From assembly GCA_937965695.1 (NCBI GenBank), contig CALCKW010000059.1:351-64350 (forward strand): a stretch of DNA of 64,000 nt, read 5' to 3'. The stretch is from an uncultured Granulosicoccaceae bacterium (lineage in GTDB: Bacteria; Pseudomonadota; Gammaproteobacteria; CALCKW01). Shown in pieces: positions 58,727 through 64,000 of the stretch. Both the position numbers and the translations under genes were made by a program. The notes under the pieces were generated by a model. The model searched no databases and was not told the origin of the DNA. It saw nothing but the letters and a program-made list of their open reading frames with translations. How positions within the stretch are numbered: the stretch's first letter is position 1; every line of letters starts with the position of its first letter.

Positions 58727-60703
58727 TTACTGCTCCCATTCGCTGTCGTATCCTTGTTCGAACCCTACTTGCCTCCCGCCGCTGAAAATTTGTTCAATCC
58801 TGCTAGGTGCCCCATTTTCATCAAAGACAACTCGACCAATGCCGCACGCGTTGACCAATCGCTGGTTGGGATAGCGCCCGGGGTATTGTGTGGGCCGACG
58901 GGGTCGAATTCGCATATGGCGCCTTCTGGTTAGCCAGTTAAGTGGCGACCGACTAGCAAATAGCCAGCGATTAAATAAATCAAAAACCTTTAAAAGACGG
59001 GCAGGGAAGCGATTGAGAATTCCTGAACTGGTGATTTGCCAGATTCTAGGAGCATCGTTGTGGTGCCGTAGGCGGACGTCGTACACAAAAGAGTAATGCA
59101 CATCTCCCGAAAGGATGGTGAAGTAGTCTGGTGTTCTCTTATGGCGAAAGATATTGAGAATGACATTGGCAGAACCCGGATGTGCCATCCAGTTCTCTGC
59201 ATCTACCATTAGCGATAAACCGGCCCAGCTGAATAGTCGCTGGATTACCTCGATCAGTTTGACTCCAAAGATAGGTGCAGGGGACACCAAAATAACAGCT
59301 GGTTCATTGATTAAATGCTGCTGTGTTTCACTAAGAGCTTCCCAGTCCATCAGGCCCGAAGGGTTGCTGCCGTTGCTTTCCGCTCGCCATCGTCGCGTTC
59401 GTGTATCTAGTACCACCACTTTGGGTTTGGTATCTAATACAAACGACCAACCCTCGAAGGTTAGCAATTGAGTAATTAGCTGATCATGGTGTACGTTCTC
59501 ACCTTTTGGATCTTGCACCATTTCGCGGATGTCATTTATCAAATCCGGCGGTAACGAATCTAAGCGATTACCCCAAGCTTGGCACAGCGCATAGGCCACC
59601 AACGCGTTGCCAATGATTCGCCGTGAAAAAGGGTGTTCGTAAGCAGATTCTTCCCAGCTGCGACTGAGGTTCCAGTCGTCAGTGATATCGTGATCATCAA
59701 AGATCATGTAGACCGGTATATTCGCCATTGCACGGCGAACTTGCGGCAGGCCTACAACAAATGCTTCGATAGCCTGTTTCTCAAGTTGGTAGCGTTGCTT
59801 ATTAGTGTCGATCTGCTTGGGCATTTCCAACGATAAATATCGCCACAGCACGGGTGACCAGACCAAAAAGTACATAGCGAGTACTTCGCTAAGTGAAATC
59901 AAATGGTTGTCGGCATTTTGCGTGGTGAAAATAGGCTTGCGGGCACCACCAAAAAATCTTTCGCGCAGAGTATTATTCGCAGTGTTGTCTGGCAGCAGCT
60001 GGGATCTCTTGTAGTAGGCTGATGGATGATTGTCCAGCTGGGCCGCATGGCTGATATCGGCACCCTCGAGAGGCTCCTGGTAGAGACCGAGTAACTCGAT
60101 CACTTGTCGCACAGCAAACAACATCGGGCCTGCAACGTCGTCGACATACACCTGATCGCCACTCATCATCAACAAGGCTGGTTGGAGTTCTGGTTGCTCC
60201 AGTCCGTTCGCTCGCAATTTTGCAAGCTGCTCGTCAACTGTGCAAAGACCGTCTTCTCCAAGGTGATGCGGTTTGCGACAAGAGCCATGCAATAGTTCTC
60301 GTATTTGACTAGGTACAACAAATTGAGGGCGATTAGCACCAGGGTAACAAATGTCAATCAGCTCTTCCGACATTAAAGCTTCGCGCGTGTGTTCAGGGTT
60401 ACTGAACTCACAATTTATGTCGTAGCCAAGCCATGTATCCGTGGGCAAGGGCGAACTAGCTTTAACCACCAGACGATGTATCCAAGCGTATTGCCCAACC
60501 CGCATTACGTGGTCACCAGTGGGTGCAAATTTAGCGTGTTGTAGACACTTTTCACCAGACCAAATCGAAACCTCGAAGCTGGCCTCAACAGAGCTGACTA
60601 ACCACAGCACCACATAATCCGGAGTGACGTCACGCAGAATGGGCCCTGCCAGAATTCTTGGTAGCGTGGGTGGTATTGCTGAACTACTGCTTTGGTTGTG
60701 CAA
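58727..60703 (-). CDS. PhoD-like metallophosphatase (alkaline phosphatase D family), putative
   Basis: The ORF is 658 aa. A MIFDDHDITDDWN motif resembles the PhoD/calcineurin-like metal-binding DDH motif. The family assignment is tentative. Confidence 0.45.
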   Translation of the reverse strand: MHNQSSSSAIPPTLPRILAGPILRDVTPDYVVLWLVSSVEASFEVSIWSGEKCLQHAKFAPTGDHVMRVGQYAWIHRLVVKASSPLPTDTWLGYDINCEFSNPEHTREALMSEELIDICYPGANRPQFVVPSQIRELLHGSCRKPHHLGEDGLCTVDEQLAKLRANGLEQPELQPALLMMSGDQVYVDDVAGPMLFAVRQVIELLGLYQEPLEGADISHAAQLDNHPSAYYKRSQLLPDNTANNTLRERFFGGARKPIFTTQNADNHLISLSEVLAMYFLVWSPVLWRYLSLEMPKQIDTNKQRYQLEKQAIEAFVVGLPQVRRAMANIPVYMIFDDHDITDDWNLSRSWEESAYEHPFSRRIIGNALVAYALCQAWGNRLDSLPPDLINDIREMVQDPKGENVHHDQLITQLLTFEGWSFVLDTKPKVVVLDTRTRRWRAESNGSNPSGLMDWEALSETQQHLINEPAVILVSPAPIFGVKLIEVIQRLFSWAGLSLMVDAENWMAHPGSANVILNIFRHKRTPDYFTILSGDVHYSFVYDVRLRHHNDAPRIWQITSSGILNRFPARLLKVFDLFNRWLFASRSPLNWLTRRRHMRIRPRRPTQYPGRYPNQRLVNACGIGRVVFDENGAPSRIEQIFSGGRQVGFEQGYDSEWEQ

Positions 60704-60920
60704 ACGGGGCTCCGCAGAAAGGAGTTATATTCATCCGGTCGATCAGTGTCATTGTGCCAGTGCGCGTTACGCAGGTTTAGAACAATCTACTGTACCAAGG
60801 TTCAGTTTCATTGGGCAGCGAGATTGCCTGATTTTTAGTAAAGCTATGCAAATATTTGTCGTGAAAAGTAGAAATTAGACTTGATTTTCAAGTTTATTCT
60901 TAGCAAGTTTTTCATGCACA

Positions 60921-62054
60921 TTATTTCTCATCTGGAACCTTTAAATCAAAAGACTCTAATGCAAAGTCTTGCCCGTTAATTCGCAGAGATAATTGTTGTT
61001 GACCAGAGTAATAGCGGCGTGTGGTCACCGCACGTAACGCATGTTTCTTTTGCAGTTTGATAGTCTCACTATCTGCAAGCTCGAATTTTTTCCATTTAAA
61101 TACTTTTGCACTTAAGCTGCCATTGGCTTTTTTGAAATGCAATAAGTAGTCGATGACCAGCGACTGCGCAGTATTTGATGTAGAGCTAATACTTGCTTCA
61201 AATTGCAAGCTGTCACCAAGCTCTATGGATGGCGAATCTATTCGCAGGAAATTTAACTCTAGCAAAGGTGGCCCCAAGCCAAAGGCTTTTAAAGTTGCTG
61301 GGTGGCCTTGTTTGATCAAGCTTCGGCAGGCATGGCGCACTAGTCTTTCGCGGTTTTTATCTGCACCTTGTAGCCAGTCGGCCGCAATATCAGCAACCAA
61401 GTCCGGGTGGTCTTTGGCAATGTCGTTTAAATGATTGGCAACGGATCTTCGTACATATTCTGATGGATCATCACGCAGAGCAGTCAAGTAGGGAATCATC
61501 GGTGACGGATCAACGACTAGAGCTTGTAGCCGCTGGCCCCAAGGCAGTCGCGGACGAGTGCCTTCGCTAAAAAGACGGCGCACATGTTCATCAGGGTCTT
61601 CAACCCAAGGTGCCATTATCTGCAGAGCCTTATTTTGGTCTGCGATAAGAAATGGGCGCACATCAAACTCGGCGGTGAAGCGCGAGGTCATTTCGCGTAA
61701 CAAAGCTAGAGATGCCTCGAACTCAGAGAGGCCATGTTGCCCGACTACCATGCACAGCGGCATCATGCCCCAGCCGCAAATGCCATGCTCATCGCTTTCT
61801 TGCTCACTTAACGCCGCGGTTTTGGGATGCATCATCGCAGCTAAGATTTTATTCCTGCGCTTAAAGTTACTCGGTAGCACTGCGTGTAATTGATCGGAGA
61901 TGAGCTGGGCACGTTGCTTGAGCTCTAGCTGGTCCAGTTCACTGAGTATCCGATTTTCAAAAGCGGTGGCATCGACGCTGGGCAAGTGCCGTGATAAATG
62001 GTTTGCGATACAGCTCACTAAGGCTGGAGACAATTTGTTTTTAAAGGGTTCCAA
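60921..62054 (-). CDS. HEAT-repeat DNA-alkylation-repair-enzyme-like protein (AlkD/COG4335-like), putative
   Basis: The ORF is 377 aa with an all-helical repeat pattern. The assignment is weak. Confidence 0.35.
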   Translation of the reverse strand: MEPFKNKLSPALVSCIANHLSRHLPSVDATAFENRILSELDQLELKQRAQLISDQLHAVLPSNFKRRNKILAAMMHPKTAALSEQESDEHGICGWGMMPLCMVVGQHGLSEFEASLALLREMTSRFTAEFDVRPFLIADQNKALQIMAPWVEDPDEHVRRLFSEGTRPRLPWGQRLQALVVDPSPMIPYLTALRDDPSEYVRRSVANHLNDIAKDHPDLVADIAADWLQGADKNRERLVRHACRSLIKQGHPATLKAFGLGPPLLELNFLRIDSPSIELGDSLQFEASISSTSNTAQSLVIDYLLHFKKANGSLSAKVFKWKKFELADSETIKLQKKHALRAVTTRRYYSGQQQLSLRINGQDFALESFDLKVPDEK

Positions 62055-62399
62055 TTCACGATACCTGGTGATTGTTGTAAGGGTTTCGCTGCACGTGCAA
62101 ATTTACTTTGGCCATTGACCGGCCGTTCATTGTATCTGTTTGTTCTAGGGAGCCTCAGATTAAGTCCGGTCAGTGACGTTTGCTTGAAAATCTTGGACCC
62201 AGCAAGGCGCGAATTGACGGCAAGTGTGGTGGTGTTGGCTAGATCTGCAACGCGACTGGGCCGAATTTAGCGCTTTGACGGTGCGAACGTGACTTGATCT
62301 GAGTTTCCCTAGCTAAGCGCGTATCACTGGTTTAGGCTGTTGCTAACTGCGTTCTGCAGACAATCAAACTCCAGTTAAACGAAAAAGGCATAAATCATC

Positions 62400-63017
62400 A
62401 TGGCAAACTACAAACTGACGTATTTCGATTTTAACGGCGGCCGAGGTGAACCTATTCGAATCGCATTACATGCCGCTGGACTCGAATTTGACGACGTTAG
62501 ATGGTCCTTTCCCGAGTTCGCGGAAAAGCGAGAGAGCTTGCGGTTCTCTGCTGTACCCGCATTAGAGATAGATGGCGCGATGATCACTCAATCCAATGCC
62601 ATCAGTCGCTATGTTGGCAAGCTGGCTGGGATGTACCCAGAAGATGCACTACAGGCACTTTACTGTGATGAAGCGCTCGGCGCACTGGAGGATGTCACGC
62701 ACTACCTCGTGCAGACCTTTCCTCTGGAAGGTGAAGAGCTAAAACAAGCGCGAGAGGCCTTGATGGAAGGCCGACTGGCGGTCTTTTTTAAGGGGCTTGA
62801 GGAGTTGTTGGTACGCGGCGGCGGCAAATACCTCGCCGGTCAAATGCTCACTGTTGCCGACTTAAAAATGTTTGGACTCTTGCAGAATTTTCGCTCGGGC
62901 AACATCGATCATATTCCGGCTAAATTCGTTGACCGGATTGCGCCGCTGTTTGCTGACTATCAGGCAGCCATAGCGCAAGAACCGCAGGTTCAAGCGTATT
63001 ACGCTTCTTTAACGTGA
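62400..63017 (+). CDS. Glutathione S-transferase
   Basis: The N-terminal thioredoxin-like GST domain (KLTYFDFNGGRGEPIRIAL) and C-terminal helical domain are present. The ORF is 205 aa. Confidence 0.75.
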   Translation: MANYKLTYFDFNGGRGEPIRIALHAAGLEFDDVRWSFPEFAEKRESLRFSAVPALEIDGAMITQSNAISRYVGKLAGMYPEDALQALYCDEALGALEDVTHYLVQTFPLEGEELKQAREALMEGRLAVFFKGLEELLVRGGGKYLAGQMLTVADLKMFGLLQNFRSGNIDHIPAKFVDRIAPLFADYQAAIAQEPQVQAYYASLT

Positions 63018-63175
63018 TCTGACAGGCGCTGGCAATGCAATTATCAGCGCTACTTCACTGTCGATGGCTTGCCGCGGGACATGGCAGTGAGCCTGCAATA
63101 GACAGCAAAACAAGTATTGAGATTAAAACAGATCGCAGAAACAGGTGTTCTTGGAATCTTTAGAGGGGGGATGTA

Positions 63176-63260
63176 TGGTGGCTCAGGTGGGACTCGAACC
63201 CACATGTCTTGCGACGCGTGATTTTGAATCACGTGCGTATACCAATTCCGCCACTGAGCC
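63176..63260 (-). tRNA. tRNA-Leu (anticodon CAA), class II with long variable arm
   Basis: The reverse complement reads GGCTCAGTGGCGGAATTGGTATACGCACGTGATTCAAAATCACGCGTCGCAAGACATGTGGGTTCGAGTCCCACCTGAGCCACCA. It has a 7-bp acceptor stem and an anticodon loop TTCAAAA (CAA). The GGTTCGAGTCC T-loop, a long variable arm and an encoded CCA are present. Confidence 0.85.
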
Positions 63261-63510
63261 TGACAATCAAACTTGCACCGTCCACTGAAGGGTCTTGAAG
63301 GGGTGTGACATCGAACCCGCTGTGACAGCCGATTACGAATCCTCGCCAAGAATGCAAGAGCGCAATTATAGCGATTTCTGAGCCGGACGCAAGTGCGGTG
63401 TGTGGAGTCGGGTGGTTGGATGAAAGTGAAGACTCTCGGGATGGGGCAATGAAGTGTCTGGGACGTTTATCCATCGCGATTCGGGCGGCAATCTGTTAGA
63501 TTTGCGCCCC

Positions 63511-64000
63511 ATGAACGTATCTGATTTTTCCTTTGAACTGCCGCCTGAGCTGATTGCCCAGCGCCCGACTGATGTGAGAGGCGATTCGCGCCTGTTGGAG
63601 TTTGGTGGCGCGATAGCACCCACCGATCACCAGTTTAGGGGCCTGCCTAGTTTGCTGCGTCCCGAAGACTTGATCGTCTTCAACGATACCCAAGTGTTGC
63701 GAGCAAGGCTGCACGGCGTGAAGGCGGATAGCGGCGGCAAAATAGAATTGCTGGTGGAACGCTTGCTGGACGAGCGAACCGTGCTGTGCCAGATACGCGC
63801 CAGCAAATCACCCAAGGCGGGTACGGGCCTATTGCTTGAGCAACAGGTGGCTGCCGAAGTAACAGGCCGTGACGGCAACTTCTTTGTGGTCCGATTTGAG
63901 CAAGATGTGCTGCCGCAGCTGGAGACACACGGGCACTTGCCATTGCCGCCTTACATTGAGCGGCCAGACGATGTTCAGGATGAGCAGCGCTACCAGACGG
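63511..64000 (+). CDS. queA: S-adenosylmethionine:tRNA ribosyltransferase-isomerase (5' part; runs off window end)
   Basis: The sequence MNVSDFSFELPPELIAQRPTDVRGDSRLLEF… …LPLPPYIERPDD aligns with the E. coli QueA N-terminus (MRVTDFSFELPESLIAHYP… …MPLPPYIDRPDE). Confidence 0.85.
   Translation, partial: MNVSDFSFELPPELIAQRPTDVRGDSRLLEFGGAIAPTDHQFRGLPSLLRPEDLIVFNDTQVLRARLHGVKADSGGKIELLVERLLDERTVLCQIRASKSPKAGTGLLLEQQVAAEVTGRDGNFFVVRFEQDVLPQLETHGHLPLPPYIERPDDVQDEQRYQT

Noticed and set aside
63296-63345. Possible tRNA 3' fragment or att-site duplicate downstream of tRNA-Leu (GTGACatcgaacccgctGTGACagcc resembles a T-arm)
   Set aside because: The apparent stem is a direct repeat, not an inverted one. 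No acceptor-stem complement is present. No integrase or other mobile gene is nearby, so there is no support for an integrated element.
63050-63474. ORFs 63050..63349(-) and 63229..63474(-) overlapping the tRNA-Leu
   Set aside because: They overlap a clear tRNA gene. They are low-complexity translations with no start context.
1-64000. CRISPR arrays, IS elements, integrases, phage genes
   Set aside because: I found no direct-repeat/spacer periodicity. I recognised no transposase or integrase-like ORF in any frame.

Overview
This window is a 64 kb chromosomal segment with roughly 50% GC. Gene content and the divergent ilvC–ilvY arrangement point to a (probably marine) gammaproteobacterium; that is inferred from what I can read, not from a search. 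I found no integrase, transposase, CRISPR array or IS signature.

Most of the window is ordinary transport and catabolism:
- an FbpABC-like ABC importer preceded by a HAD phosphatase;
- two diverged tandem YHYH-family lipoproteins flanking a small Cys-rich secreted protein;
- yjjX and yqaA;
- divergent ilvC–ilvY;
- a periplasmic-binding-protein-like gene divergent from a sensor histidine kinase, with a second, frameshifted copy of that kinase downstream;
- an aldo/keto reductase;
- DUF1330 plus an M20D hippurate-hydrolase-like amidohydrolase, next to a complete LivFGMH-plus-Tat-SBP (HAAT) ABC system;
- a ProC-like reductase, a haloacetate-dehalogenase-like alpha/beta hydrolase and a PAS histidine kinase;
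- a complete galactoside locus (IclR regulator, MalK-like ATPase, GH36 alpha-galactosidase, galK, galT, GH42 beta-galactosidase, SBP and two permeases);
- at the far end, a PhoD-like phosphatase, an AlkD-like protein, a GST, tRNA-Leu(CAA) and the 5' end of queA.

The standout region is about 41.6–58.6 kb. It holds a tightly translationally coupled operon. The order is a GS-like gamma-glutamyl-amine ligase, a BMC vertex protein, a BMC-H hexamer, an opine-dehydrogenase-like protein with an encapsulation-peptide-like N-terminus, a CoA-acylating aldehyde dehydrogenase, a tandem BMC-T, an LDH/MDH-family dehydrogenase with a 90-aa N-terminal extension, RidA, and a fused permease–ATPase HAAT ABC transporter. 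This is a bacterial-microcompartment (metabolosome) locus with an enzyme set that I do not recognise from any described BMC type. There is no PduL/Pta, alcohol dehydrogenase or signature lyase. It is flanked by a divergent FAD (DAO-family) oxidoreductase, a GntR regulator and a split glutamate-synthase-like MgsABC-type triad. Near-identical 17-bp palindromes (ytGwATAC-A-GTATACAA) sit upstream of both the microcompartment operon and the Mgs-like operon. I interpret this as a candidate amine/N-alkyl-amino-acid catabolic metabolosome, gated by gamma-glutamylation, in which a toxic aldehyde or imine intermediate is confined.
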